The notes: generated by a model from the sequence alone, not told the origin. A DNA stretch of 63,340 bases, filler included, from Olpidium bornovanus S191 (GCA_017911155.1; 30 parts of 30 records of this genome joined end to end with filler, not necessarily neighbours in it), one strand, 5' to 3'; positions 22,449 through 34,958 are shown, counted from the whole stretch's first letter. Made by a program: numbers and translations.

Positions 22449-23311
22449 CTGCCGCCATGACATTGACGCCGCGGATGTGCTCCTTTTTTTTCCTGCAGAC
22501 AGGACGGGGCGCGAGGAGCGGATGCTGCCGGGTCTGGGGGGGAAGGCGAGGTCGCAGTTTCCGCGCGCGTACTGCGCGATGAGCGCGTCTCGCAGTTGTT
22601 CCCATGTCTTCCAGCGTTGGGGGTGCCGTCTGTCGTATTGTGTCGCGTGCGTCAGCCACATGATACTTGCTTGGCCCGTGAGACGGTTTGTGGCCATTGC
22701 CAGCTCGTCTTTCTCGTCCAGGCCTGCTCGTTCGAATGCGGATTCCAGCTTGGCAATGGAGTTTGCGAGGTTTTGTTGCTCCGCCTGTGCCCGAAAAGGT
22801 TGGGAGTGCCACCAGTAGCGTTTTCCCAACGCCGTTCCTCTTCTCTTTTGCGGTGGGGAGCTCATTGTCGCTGTCGCTTTCGCTGTTGACGTGGTCGCGG
22901 GCGACGAGTTCTTCGATGGTTCGTTGGTAGTCCTGGACTTGTTTGGTCAGGGCGCTTATTTGCTTCCGTAGGACTTGTATTTCCGAGTCTGCGTCTGCTG
23001 CTTCCCGGCGTTTCTCCTGTTTTGCTCCTTCCCTTTGAAGGAGCACGGAGTCCACGATTCTTTGCGCGTGCGTAGACAGCCTTGACGTTTCTGGAGTTCC
23101 GCGAGAAGGCGGAGTCTCTGGATTCACTTCGTCCGTGGGCGCCGGGCATCGTGGCGTCCAGCTTCGGGGTCCTTCCTCTTTCAGTCGTGGCGTAGTAAGC
23201 GTACGCCGTGTTCTCTTCTGCTTCTGCCGTTTGGAGGGCTCCCGGCATGCCGTGTGCGTGCCGTCGTCCTCCTTCTCCCAGCACTTCACTTATGCTGAGT
23301 TGCGGGCGCTC

Positions 23312-23363
23312 TTCCATGGTTCCGCGTCTTTCCATGGTTCCGCGTCTTTCCATGGTTCCGCGT
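23312..23363. repeat. 18-bp tandem repeat, ~2.9 copies, in the element B leader
   Basis: TTCCATGGTTCCGCGTCT at 23312 and 23330, partial copy at 23348. Confidence 0.9.
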
Positions 23364-23424
23364 ACGCGTACGGGGAGTAGAACGTTTGCGTTTGCTTCTT
23401 CTTTTGACGGGGAATCTGCGGTTT

Positions 23425-23436
23425 GGGCTCATAACC
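23425..23436 (-). promoter_or_regulatory. Half-tRNAiMet-type PBS GGTTATGAGCCC
   Basis: Exact reverse complement of GGGCUCAUAACC, the initiator tRNA anticodon stem-loop; directly after LTR ...CA. Confidence 0.8.
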
Positions 23437-23673
23437 TGTGGTGGGGTGTGCCCTCCGGAGGAGACCCCGGGAAATCCAAGGGAGCCGCGCAAGGATTCGC
23501 AAGAGGAGAATACTGTTCTGTTTCTTCTTCGCGGTGCTTTGATTCTACGGATTCCGCGCCTATTTATGTTGGGATCCCGTGCGGATTCTACAAAAAGGGG
23601 GAAATGGGGAAGTAATTCGTGTAGGAGCTCTATCCGTGCTGCCTGCTGGCTGCGCCCCCCCCCTTTTCCTACA
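23437..23673 (-). repeat. Putative 5' LTR of element B (237 bp)
   Basis: Minus strand begins TGTAGG, ends CCACA, contains CATAAATAGG TATA-like box, abuts PBS. Confidence 0.7.
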
Positions 23674-23833
23674 CGGCNNNNNNNNNNNNNNNNNNNNNNN
23701 NNNNNNNNNNNNNNNNNNNNNTTAATTAATTAANNNNNNNNNNNNNNNNNNNNNNNNNNNNNNNNNNNNNNNNNNNNCCATGTTACGGCGCGCGCCGCGT
23801 TTCTACGTTACCAGAACTAGAATCTCCTTTTAG

Positions 23834-24276
23834 GGCACGGTTCATCACAGCCGACTCAGAGGATCGTACCTATAATCGTACTTCCAAAATCTTCGGCGTC
23901 AAAAATAAGCACGCCAGCAAACATCACAAAAAGAAAGCCTGTCCCGGCACCGGTAAGAAAGAGAGGACACATTATCATTCACCTACTAACATTGGACTGG
24001 TACTGTAAGTTGTTGGATGAGAATATCCCCAAGTGCAAGATCTCCAATCACGACAACACCGCAGCCAGCAACTCGATGTTAAACGGACCGGCATGTCAGA
24101 TCGGACACGACGCCGCCGACCTGACAGCGATCTCGACGTCCACTGCCAACTTGGACGAACAGGCATTCCTCCGATCCACGAAACCCCCACCGCACGACGG
24201 CCGTCGGAAATCCCCGTCGTCCGCCGCGCCGACCGTCGCGGCAAACGGCGGCGATGTCGGGCGAACGCAGAGTTGA
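23834..24276 (+). CDS. Hypothetical low-complexity C-terminal gene fragment
   Basis: Exon HGSSQPTQRIVPII...PVPAP, intron with GTAAG donor and perfect TACTAAC branch site (23984-23990), then LLDENIPKCK...GRTQS*. Confidence 0.3.
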
Positions 24277-25854
24277 TTGCGCGCCGGCGCTGTCCTGCAG
24301 GGATTTTCCGTCGAGGGTGGCTTTCTTCTGCCCGGGTGCGAACCTGCGTCGCGTCCGTGGCGGCGGTCTCCACCATCGGAGCGACCGACGCGTCGATGTC
24401 GAGCGCGGCAAGACCATCGCTGGGAATCACGCAACCGTTATTTTTAGTTGCGGGTGATCCGCCGGCATAAACACAAAAAGGCGTCGCCGCGTGCGTTCAG
24501 ACGACGCGCGGAAGACAATATAAGATTTTACTTTACGTTCGGGCAGTTTGCACTATTTAATGCGCCGGGTCTCCGTCAAAAATATTTTTGACATATAATT
24601 GGCCGCCGCCTGGCAGCCTCGCCCTGGGGGCGCCTTTTAAGATAACAGGCGCCCGGCGCCTTCGCCAGCCGGGCGGTTTCCTTCCACCGGCTTCCAGAAC
24701 CCGGCGGGGATTGGGGGCGGGGGTGGGGGCGGCGATAGGGGGCGGTGATACAGGCGGGCGAGGCGGCCGGGGGAAGGGGGCGCGGCTGTCCGGCGGGCAG
24801 CAGTTGGCGGGTTAAAGTTGTGCGGGGGGGCCAACGGGCGGGCGTAACGCCCGGCAATGACGTCAATTCCCGCCCGACATGCATGAATTTTCAATCGGCC
24901 CATTATTTCCCCTGCTCGCCGGCCGCGGTCGTGAAAGGGCGGCGGGGAATTTTGCTCCTCATGAGAGCCAGATCGCCGAGCTGGGGAGGGGACACCGGNN
25001 NNNNNNNNNNNNNNNNNNNNNNNNNNNNNNNNNNNNNNNNNNTTAATTAATTAANNNNNNNNNNNNNNNNNNNNNNNNNNNNNNNNNNNNNNNNNNNNAA
25101 ACCAAGCCAGAGGACATAGGATGAAGCTTCCACTTGGGGCATACGTCGAAACGCGTGAAAAGCATTTTTAGAGGGCCTTGGGAGGGTTCGGTGTGGGGTA
25201 GAATGAAGATCTTATCATGCCGCTGGGGAAGCCTTCTTCCGCCCGCCGGCCTGCCCGGCCAGCCACCCCAAGACCCCGACGCGCCCGCACAACGTATCTC
25301 TCTCCCTTCCTCGCTCTCGCTCTCTCTCTCCCCAATCTGCGCTCGACCGCGACCTCAGCCGCACACGCGGACGCTTCCCCCGCCCGGTCTTGTACGCGCC
25401 CTCCGCACGCTCCCGTCTCCCTCGCTCCGGTCGCTGTCACGTCCCGTGCCGCGCGGCGACCACCCCGAAAAGCATCCTGCCCCGAGATCCCAAGATCGGA
25501 CGGCAGAGACGCGCTGCCGGGGCTCTGCCGCGGACAGAGCGCGGGTACGAGCGCTCCCAGCGAGCGTTCCGGCCAAGGAAAACCCAGTTCCCGTTTCCCG
25601 GAGCCCGGTGTAGACGAGATTACTTAACAGAACGGCTTGGGTTTGCAGAAAGTCCCCCTTATCGAAGTGCAACGAAGCAGATCGTTCCCACCGACAACCT
25701 TCAAGGTTGTTGCCAACACGCACGGACTACGGGGCTGAAGGATTATTTGAACCCTACCGATGTCAATCTCATCTGTAGCCCACAAGTGAGTATTTTGCCG
25801 GCGTCACTTCTCCCGCTGTTCTGTTCCGGAACCTCGCTGCAACTTACGCGGCCC

Positions 25855-26233
25855 ATGCAATCCGGCAGATACATATTTGGGGCAAAGTCGGATATCAAGT
25901 CCAGTCTTCTGTATCTGGACGATGGCGTATATGTCTTTGTCGCTGGAGCGAGTGTCATTAGTGCGTTTCCCGGGTTACCGAGTGCCGTTCTTTAGATTCC
26001 GCTTCGCGACAGCACTCACATATTTCCTTCCACCGGCCATCGTGCGCAGTCTACAACGCGGAGCAGAGAACTCACCGGTTTACTGCAGCTTCTGAAAAAG
26101 CCGAAGCAATTACATGCATCTCCTTGTCCAATGATAGGCGGTTTCTAGCCATCGCGGAGAGAACACTTGGTTCGTCGAGCGGGGCGAAGCCGGTAATTCA
26201 TATCCACGAGATTGTGACGCTGAGACGGCGCCG
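25855..26233 (+). CDS. CFAP57: Cilia- and flagella-associated WD40 protein CFAP57/WDR65, N-terminus
   Basis: With intron 25961-26049 removed: YIFGAKSDIKSSLLYLDDGVYVFVAGASVIIYNAEQRTHRFTAASEKAEAITCISLSNDRRFLAIAE...KPVIHIHEI, aligning with CFAP57 [41 protein letters not shown]...ALSISPNRRYLAISE..KPAITIYEL. The second exon is absent from the supplied ORF track. Confidence 0.85.
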
Positions 26234-26348
26234 NNNNNNNNNNNNNNNNNNNNNNNNNNNNNNNNNNNNNNNNNNNNTTAATTAATTAANNNNNNNNNNN
26301 NNNNNNNNNNNNNNNNNNNNNNNNNNNNNNNNNCTCTCAATCACTCTC

Positions 26349-26350
<2 letters not shown>

Positions 26351-26390
<40 letters not shown>
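26351..26390. repeat. (CT)20 microsatellite
   Basis: Direct reading. Confidence 0.95.
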
Positions 26391-26393
<3 letters not shown>

Positions 26394-26827
26394 CTTCCTT
26401 CGTTGCCGGCAGCCCCTTTTTTTTTTTTTTTTTGCGGCAGCCAGAACGAAAGGCTGGCGGCGGAAGGTGGTTTTGTGCTGGGTCTGGCCGGGTTTGCCCT
26501 ATAAGAAGGTATGGAGGATAGTGGACGTGTGCAGCGGCTGACTGGGCGCTGCCACCCTTCCCTCCACCAAATGTTCCACCGAACAGGAAAGGTGTTGCCG
26601 GTCGCGCGTTAAAGCGGAAATGAGGAGCGCGGATAAGGCAGACGCAGGGTTTCTGGTCCAACCTCAGATGGAGAGGTTCTCAACATCTGTTCTTTAACTA
26701 TCTTCTTTGCTCTTCTTAGAAAAAGGACAAGGTTGTGCGCGCGGAGATCACGACTACGGAAACGCTCGGGGTGGGGGCCCCGGGGGCGCTTTTCCGCCCC
26801 CCCCCCCCCCCCCCCGCCCGCCGCCCG

Positions 26828-27247
26828 ATGAGCGGCGAATCCGGTGACTCCTCCCCGCCGCTTGCCGGACGAGGAGGAGGAGGAGGAGGAGCCGCCTCCG
26901 GGGTGCCGCACGCGCTGGCCGCGGGGTCGCTCGCCGCGCTGGCCAGCGTTTTCGCCAAGCTCACCGTCGACGACAGGACGCGCGCGCTGGCGGCCGGGGC
27001 CTTCCGGGCCGTCGGCGCGGGAGGAGGAGGCGGAGGAGGAGCAGGAGGAGAAGTAGCAGGAGGACGGCGGGCGGCCGGCGGCGCGCCGCCCCAGGAGGCC
27101 GCCGTCGCGCTGGTCAGGGCGGCGTGCTTCGCGGCGATCTTCGCGTGCAACGCGGCCATGTGGACGAGCTTCACCAGAGCCCTCAACCGGTCGCCGAGCT
27201 CCGCCAGGGTCACCGTGATCAACACCGCCGCGAACTTCTGCGTGACG
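26828..27247 (+). CDS. TMEM42: TMEM42-like DMT/EamA membrane protein, first exon
   Basis: ALAAGSLAALASVFAKL ... FACNAAMWTSFTRALNRSPSSARVTVINTAANFCVT, then a GTACGG donor. Confidence 0.85.
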
Positions 27248-27272
27248 GTACGGGCGAGACGGCGAGCTCCAC

Positions 27273-27315
<43 letters not shown>

Positions 27316-27447
27316 TTTTTTTTTTTTCCCCCCCCCCTGCCCCCCCCNNNNNNNNNNNNNNNNNNNNNNNNNNNNNNNNNNNNNNNNNNNNTTAATTAAT
27401 TAANNNNNNNNNNNNNNNNNNNNNNNNNNNNNNNNNNNNNNNNNNNN

Positions 27448-28505
27448 ATCAAGGCGGCAATGGGGATTAAGGTCTGCGCGACGGACCTCGAGAAAGCCGT
27501 TGCCGGCTCTCGTCTGCTTGTTGTGGGCCCGGATGACGACGAGGAGGAGATGAAGGACGAGATCATGTCCGATCTCCAGGACCTCATGAGCTCTGTCGAC
27601 AAGAGCGGCCAGGGCGTGTGCGTACAGGCGTCCACCCTCGGTTCCCTGGAGGCGCTGCTGGAATTCCTCCGGACGTCGAAAATCCCGGTGCGTGGCTATT
27701 TCCCTGAGCGGTGTTTGTAACGTGTGTATTCGGCACGGCCTCTGCAGACGTGCTCAAAAGGGAAAATTTTCCTTTTTTTTTCAGGTTTCTGGTATCAGCA
27801 TCGGACCCGTGCACAAGCGCGACGTCATCCGCGCCTCAACTATGCTGGAGAAGGCAAAAGAGTAAGCCCCCCTTGGTTTTTGAACGGGCGCCTGGCGTAC
27901 TTCTTTCCCTGACGTTCTGAACATTCCCGGCACTAGATACGCTGTTATGCTGTGCTTTGACGTAAAGATTGACAAGGAGGCGCAAGAGCTCGCCGACGAG
28001 CTGGGTATCCGGCTTTTCAAGGCAGATATTATCTATCACCTGTTTGACGCGTTTACGGCGTACAAGAAAGTATGGTTTGTCTTTGCCTGCGTTACGCACC
28101 AGACCGGACACTAACTCCCGCCCATCACACGATATATCATAACTGCCCCAGGACATCGAGGAGCAGAAACGGCAGGACTCCGCACCGCAGGCCGTCTTTC
28201 CCTGCGTGTGCAAGATCATCGCAATCATCAACAAGAAGGACCCGATTATTGTCGGCGTGGAAGTGCAGGAGGGCACACTGCGGATTGGCACGCCGCTCGC
28301 CGTGGTGAAGCCTTCGCCGACCGGCGAAAGGCAGGTGGTTCCCCTGGGCAAGATTTCCAGCATGGAGATCAACCGCAAGGCCGTCGAGGTGGTGAAGAAA
28401 GGCCAATCCGGCGGAGGGGTCGCCGTCAAAATCGAGGGATCTTCGTACGAGTCGTCCCGGGTCTACGGGCGGCATTTCGACGACTCGGACCTGCTCTACA
28501 GCCGG
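27448..28505 (+). CDS. FUN12: Translation initiation factor eIF5B, domains II-IV, partial
   Basis: [25 protein letters not shown]|[14 protein letters not shown]...|[10 protein letters not shown]...[11 protein letters not shown]...|AVFPCVCKI...[19 protein letters not shown]...[14 protein letters not shown]. Confidence 0.96.
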
Positions 28506-29898
28506 GTACGCGTGTGCGCGGGGCGTGCGTGCGTCCGGAAGCGCGGAGACAGAAACAAAACAAACAAAAAAAAAAAAAANNNNNNNNNNNNNNNNNNNNN
28601 NNNNNNNNNNNNNNNNNNNNNNNTTAATTAATTAANNNNNNNNNNNNNNNNNNNNNNNNNNNNNNNNNNNNNNNNNNNNAGGCGGACGCTTCCCTTTCCG
28701 GCCGTTCAGACGAACGCACTCCGCCCCCGGGAGGGGAAGTCGGCGCCGCCAGACCGCGCACACGACTGGCTTCGTTTCGGGGGCGTGTGGCCGGTACATG
28801 TTGCGTACGGATAAAAAAATTCATTCGTACCCCTCCCAACGCATCTCTTTCGGAACGCGTACAAATTCCCGGAACAAACGTTCTGGCGCCAAACGCATTA
28901 ACCAATACCGCACGTGATCTCCAAAATTACGAGTTATCCGGGGGAACGGCTTTTCCGTAATTTCTGGAAGAAGGGGCGGAAGTTTGCACTGCCGTAAGCC
29001 CCTCGACGAACGCAAACGTTATTCTTTCTTTCGGCAAAAGCCCGTTTTCGCGCCTGCTACGTTCCTGTGGATCAAATCGAGGTCCAAAAAGTCGCGCCGC
29101 GTCCGGGCGGATTGGGTTTTGATTTTTCTCGGGCGTAGAAAAAACGCTCCGGCCAGACCATTTTCGACCGGTTTTGGGAGAAAAGAGTGGCCCCAACCGG
29201 GCGGTTTTAACCCGGGGGGGTTTTCGACAAATTTAGAGTTTGTGAAAAAGCTTTGACGCTGTCTCAGACACAACGCCGGTAACTTTTTTCCAAATGTTCC
29301 GCCGGACAGGAAAGGAAACTTTCTCCGTCCCGTCCCTGCCGGCCGGCTCCTGCGGTCACGCCTCCTCCCTCCGCATCATTTTTTGCCGTTGGCGGGGCCA
29401 ACGGCCGTGGGGGTGACCTCTCTCTCCTTTTTCGACCGTCAGTTCACATCGACGCGGCGTGGGATCCCGAGTTTTTTCTGCCGGGAGGAAAGATTTCAAC
29501 GCGGCGTTCCCATCAGGCCACGGGCTCCCGGCGCAAGCGGGTCTCCCATTTGCGGGCAAGCCACAGGGTACCGTTCCCGCTTCCCCTCCTCCCCCCCCCT
29601 CCCGTTCCACACCGGGCCGCGCTATGACAGGGCACCCCCTTGCGCGTCGCGCGGTCTTCCGCGGGCGCGGCGCCCCCGGTGAACGAAACGGTCCCGAAAT
29701 CCGACGATCAACTCTGCAGCGAGGGCACTCGCGGGGGGAGGGGGGTGTGTGGGGGGGGGGGAGGAGTTGATCCGGTAACCGCGGAAGTATTTCAAAGCTC
29801 GTTATTTTTTTTTTTATTCTTCTTCTCCCTCGTCTCGACCTTTCCGCGGGAAGCCACGGGAAAGGAAAGGGAAATGGGAAGGGGGCGGATTGATCCTC

Positions 29899-29931
<33 letters not shown>

Positions 29932-30339
29932 CCCCGTCTGGCCCTGGCCCCTGGTTCCCTTCACCCGACGACTTTTTCCTCTCACCCGGCGCACGCGTGG
30001 GCCGGGGGCGGGGGGGTAGAGAGCGCGCGACCAGGCCGCCTGCCGAAGGGGGGGGACCGCGACCTCCCCTGCGCTGGGCGGGGGCGCACTCTGCCCCCCC
30101 CCCGGCAACCACCGCGCGCACGCCTCCGCGGGAGTTTGGCGGTCGGCGGGCGGCGGGGGATCGAATGGCTGTTTTGATGCGGCGGACGGAAATCCTTTTC
30201 GCCGGAAGGTTAATTCCAGAAAAAGCACCCGCTTCCCCCCCTTTTTTCCCCTTCCCCTGCTGCCCCTTGCCCGGCGAGACCAACTCCCCCCCTCCCCCTC
30301 CCCCCCCCCCCCTCCCCCCCCCCCCCCCCCCCTTTTCCG

Positions 30340-30372
<33 letters not shown>

Positions 30373-30399
30373 TTCCCCCCCCCCGTTTTGCCCGGCCGG

Positions 30400-30431
<32 letters not shown>

Positions 30432-30702
30432 AAACCCAAGGCGACCTTTCGTGCGCAGCCCCCTCCCTCCCCTCCCCCCTCCCCCCCCCCCCCCCGCCCC
30501 CCCCGGGCCGCGGGGGGCCCCGCCCCTGCCCGCGCGTTTTTTCGTTTTTTTTTTTCCAACTCGTCCTCTCTTTTTTTTTTCTCACCTTCCGCTTCGGAAA
30601 GCNNNNNNNNNNNNNNNNNNNNNNNNNNNNNNNNNNNNNNNNNNNNTTAATTAATTAANNNNNNNNNNNNNNNNNNNNNNNNNNNNNNNNNNNNNNNNNN
30701 NN

Positions 30703-32045
30703 CTACATGAGGCCGTACGTCTTTGGCATAAATTGCCAGGACCCCACCAGGAGAAAGGAGGCGAGAAGGAGAAGTCCCGCGAAGATAGAGAAAGCCGTGA
30801 CAGGCACGATTGCCGGCGCCTTTGGTTTGCGAGATTGCAGACGCGGAACGCGCGTTTCAGGCAGCAGCGTTTTCCACTCTCCAAACGCCACATCACGTGG
30901 ACCGCTCGGAAGCTTGCACTCACAATGCTGTAACGACTGTGATGCCCCATTTGCAGCAACATGACCGCCGGGATAATTAACATTACAGGATAGAACGACA
31001 GATACGACGCCGCGGCGAGCCAGAACATTGACTTCATCCTGTTGCCTTTGCGGTAAGACCAACGGGAGGAATAACGACGCAAACATTCAGGTTCGTCAGC
31101 AATCATGTGCCGCTAGTGTATGGCCGACGCGTACCAAGTTATCGACAGCAAAACCCACCCTTCGTCGCGTAGTGCAAAGCCAGAACGACAGCCAGATTGC
31201 TGAACACGAGCGTGCTTCGTGACAAGCATGTAAGGATCGTCATAGGGTTGAACAGGTACAAACCTGCCACAACCGGCGGCGACACGTAGGACTCCAGGGT
31301 TGACTCAACGTCAGCGCCGTCCTTTACTTCTCCGACTGGAAGCCAAAGTCGCGGTCGCGATTTGTAGATCTCAAGCTTCGCTTCTGCGATCCGCGCGAGC
31401 CGTTGAGCTATAACCCCGTCGACGAGAGAATATACCAGAGGCACGAGCACGACCGTGGCGGAGCCGAACTTCAGGAGGGAGTGGAAGAACGCCAGAATAA
31501 GCGGCAACTTTTTTTTTTTTTTTTTTTTTTTTTGCGGATAATAAGCAGCAACGTGAGTCTTGTGTGGCGTCCGATCCGGTCCGGCACTTTGGTGCCACTC
31601 CCTCGGAGGGTCAACTTGCGAATCGCTCTCCTTCTCCGCGTTCACCTGGTGGACCATGTCACCGTCATATGGCGGGATGCCATTTTGGATCAGGAACAGC
31701 CCTTCCGTGACTGGCGGTTGCGAAGGGGGTTTTCCTGTCAGACAGGACCGCGCCTTTCTGCCTTCCCGGAACAGCCCGGCGCGCGCAAGGAGGAAAAAAC
31801 TCACGCCGCTTGAAGCTCGTCAGCGGGGTTACCAGCTCGACCCTGTTCGCGATCACGCTATCCAGCAGCGACCTCGGCAAGGTTGCGAAGAGAAGCAGCC
31901 GCAGCACCACGCCCCAGAAGACGAGGCGGCCCAACAACCGGCACGACAGCCGTGGTTCCGGCGGCCGCGTCGATGGGTCTGCCGGTGAGGGCGCCCTTGG
32001 TGGTTGCGGAGCGGTCGCTGCGAGCTTCTCTGCGGGCGGGACCAT
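30703..32045 (-). CDS. PIGU: GPI transamidase subunit PIG-U/Gab1, 3' partial
   Basis: RVELVTPLTSFKR|LTEGLFLIQNGIPPYDGDMVHQ|LPLIL...YLFNPMTILTCLSRST...ASYLSFYP. Confidence 0.93.
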
Positions 32046-32773
32046 GATCCCGGCTGAAGTGCGTCGGAAACGCGGCGGAAGGTCGGCGGAAAGGCGACGG
32101 AGCGGGGTGCCGCTGTGGGTTGAGGGAAGGGCGTCCGGTGCGTGCGTGTGCGTGTGGGGGGGGGTGGGGGAGGGCGAGCGGCGTTGCGACGGGTCCGCGA
32201 GTTTTCGCCTGAACCTTCGATTTATTCCTTCCCTTGCCCGCTTGTCTGGGTTTCACAAGACTTATGCCATCTGGTTTTTGCGACCCGGCCACGTTTGGAA
32301 CCGCACCAAAATTCAAAATGTCAGGCAAAACCCTCATGCNNNNNNNNNNNNNNNNNNNNNNNNNNNNNNNNNNNNNNNNNNNNTTAATTAATTAANNNNN
32401 NNNNNNNNNNNNNNNNNNNNNNNNNNNNNNNNNNNNNNNCATGATAATATTGGATTGGATTGGGTGGGGGGAGGAAGGGGGGGGGCTTGCCCCGTTGTTT
32501 TTGGTTCTGGGGACGACGCTTTGACAGCAAAATCTTTCTGCCTTTTTGGCGTCGTCGTCTGACGTGACGAGCAGGCCACAGGCCGGCAGAAACTTTTTTT
32601 TTTTCGCGCGGCACATCGCGGCGCGCCGCGGCCTTTTTTTCCCTTATCGCGGTGATGGGAAATGACCGTTGTCCCCCGCTTCCAGGTGAACGGCGCTGGC
32701 GGTCACGCGCCACAGAGCGCGTGTTCTGCCGATCGCGACACGCGCACTTCTCTCCCGGGCTCCTTTTCTTTTT

Positions 32774-32814
<41 letters not shown>

Positions 32815-32921
32815 CCCCGTTAGTTGGACGGGATGCCCCGTGCGCAAGCGACTCCGCGCGCGGAAAACCGCTCAGAACCGGGGACGACGAGGAGGCGGAG
32901 GCGGAGAACGGACGACGGACC

Positions 32922-32967
32922 ATGAACCAGTCGGGGATACGAGGTCCGTCAAAACGCTGCGCTCTCC

Positions 32968-33006
<39 letters not shown>

Positions 33007-34723
33007 TCTCTCGAGCGAGACTGGCAGACAGACGGGCTTAAAAGTGACGCTCCGTGGAGCGCCGCCGGTCTGGAAATCACCCGTGCTCGCAGGGGCAAGC
33101 CCGTCGGAAAAAAACTGAAACGCCTCCGCTCCTTCTTCCCCTCCTCCCAGCTTCCAACGAGCTGCTCGAGCTGTTCGCCCAGGCGGTCAAGGATGGCACC
33201 ACCCGCGCCGTCCGAGTGTCCATAAAAGACGGTATTTTGCGGCCACTTCGCTGTCGAAATCCGGAGGGAGGGGGGGGGGGGTAAGGGGTAAACGTCTCAC
33301 TGATCCCCCGCCTCCTCGTTGCCTGGTGCCGCAAGAGGCTCTTGTTCCGGACGGCACTTCCCCCGTCCAGGGAGGATGGGAAGACGGTACTGCCCCCGCG
33401 GCCGCTTGGGGGATGCTTCTTTTTGGCCCCTGCGCGCGGGAGGGTGGGGAAGGGGCGGGGGGGCGCCGCGTAGGAAGGAATTCTTAACGGGTTTCTCTTG
33501 AACCCGATGCCAACCCCGCCACCCACCTCGTCCGCCCCTTCCGTCATCCTGGACGACGCGGAAAAAGATTTCGCTGTGATCCAGGGTTATCTCGAGCCGA
33601 AGAGACCCTGCTATGTGCTCTACCGCTTGGACAGCCGCGGCGGCTCCGGAGACCACGAATGGCTGTTCCTGTGCTACGTGCCGGATCACGCGCACGTCCG
33701 GGAGAAGATGCTCTACGCTTCTACCCGGGCGACCCTCGTGAAGGACTTGGGCGACCACCGGTTCACGGATTCGGTCTACGGGACGGCGGCGGTAACGACC
33801 TCGTCGAACGCGCGTTTGAAGGCGGGAAAGAAGGAGGACGGGCTCCTCGGGATACCGATTTGATTTAGCCCCGCGCCGAGTCTGCTGACGGGGACCGGAC
33901 GCCCGTGGGCTTGGATCCTGGGTGTTTTTTTCTTTTTTGAAATCGCGTCCGCCGGACCAGGCGGAGTTTACTCGTGAAGGCTACGCGAAGCACTGCGCCC
34001 ACCAGAACAGCGCTGCGCCGTTAACGGAGAGGGAAAAGGAGATGGAGGAAATCAAAAAGACGGAGGTAATAATGATGACGGGAGCGAAGGAGAGGAGTAG
34101 GAGGAGGAGGAGGCGGGGCGGGGCGGGGGGCGAGGGGAGGAAAGGGGGGCCGGGTCCGTTCCTTAACATCTCCCGTCCGGATGCCCGCGCGCCCGCCAGC
34201 ACGGAAGTCATATCGGAACGGAGACTAGGCAGTCGCACGTCTCTGGCGTCACCTTTCCTATCCAGGATTCCGCGACGGATGCGCTCGAGAAGCTGCGCGA
34301 CGGCGAGGTTAACACCGTCATCCTGGTGCGAGACCCCCCCCCCTCTTCCCCCACTTTTCTTGTTTATTTGCCTCGCGCCCGCCTGTTCGGCCGACTGAGC
34401 CCGGCCTCCCCCCCGTCCGGCCGTTTCAGCAAGTTGACACGACTTCGGGTGAATCCATGGCCCTCGAGGCGGCCGAGAACATCTCCACCGCCGACGAGGT
34501 CGGGTCGCGACTCCCACAAGACCTCCCCCGCTTCGTCTTCCGACAGCTCGACCCCTGTCTCCTCCCCGCAGGCTCGGCTCCGCCCGAGGGGACCGGCACC
34601 GTCTCGTTCCTATACAGCTGCCCGACCGCGAGCAAGATACGGGAGCGCATGCTGTACTCATCCTGCCGGCTCGCGGCCCTCCGCGCCGCGGAGTCGGTGC
34701 TGGGGTACTCCGTCAAGTACAGG
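32922..34723 (+). CDS. TWF1: Twinfilin (two ADF-H domains), 3' partial
   Basis: MNQSGIRASNELLELF...; PCYVLYRLD...WLFLCYVPDHAHVREKMLYASTRATLVKDLG; APLTEREKEMEEI; PRFVF...FLYSCPTASKIRERMLYSSC. Confidence 0.94.
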
Positions 34724-34958
34724 GTGAGCGTCTTCGTCCCCCGTCATTTCGCCCCGAGTCGTCACAACTGCCAAGCGTCGGCGGCCGCGGAGCGGGAGGG
34801 TTGACGCAAACTCTCCCGCGCGTTTCCCCCATTCTCCACCCATATCGACACACGCATGNNNNNNNNNNNNNNNNNNNNNNNNNNNNNNNNNNNNNNNNNN
34901 NNTTAATTAATTAANNNNNNNNNNNNNNNNNNNNNNNNNNNNNNNNNNNNNNNNNNNN

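Larger units (their letters stand above)
22449..23673 (-). mobile_element. LTR retrotransposon B: LTR, half-tRNA PBS, degenerate Gypsy-type gag interrupted by element A
   Basis: LTR TGTAG...CCACA, PBS GGTTATGAGCCC, gag VALPTFSGTGG/IAKLESAFERAGL...ATNRLTGQASIMW...WKTWEQLRDALIAQY with frameshifts. Confidence 0.78.

Noticed and set aside
29356-30650. Long ORFs (409, 336, 255 aa) rich in poly-K/G/P/F
   Set aside because: They arise from homopolymer runs lacking stops; no protein-like content. The same applies at 7272-7925, 55163-56650 and 57085-57998.
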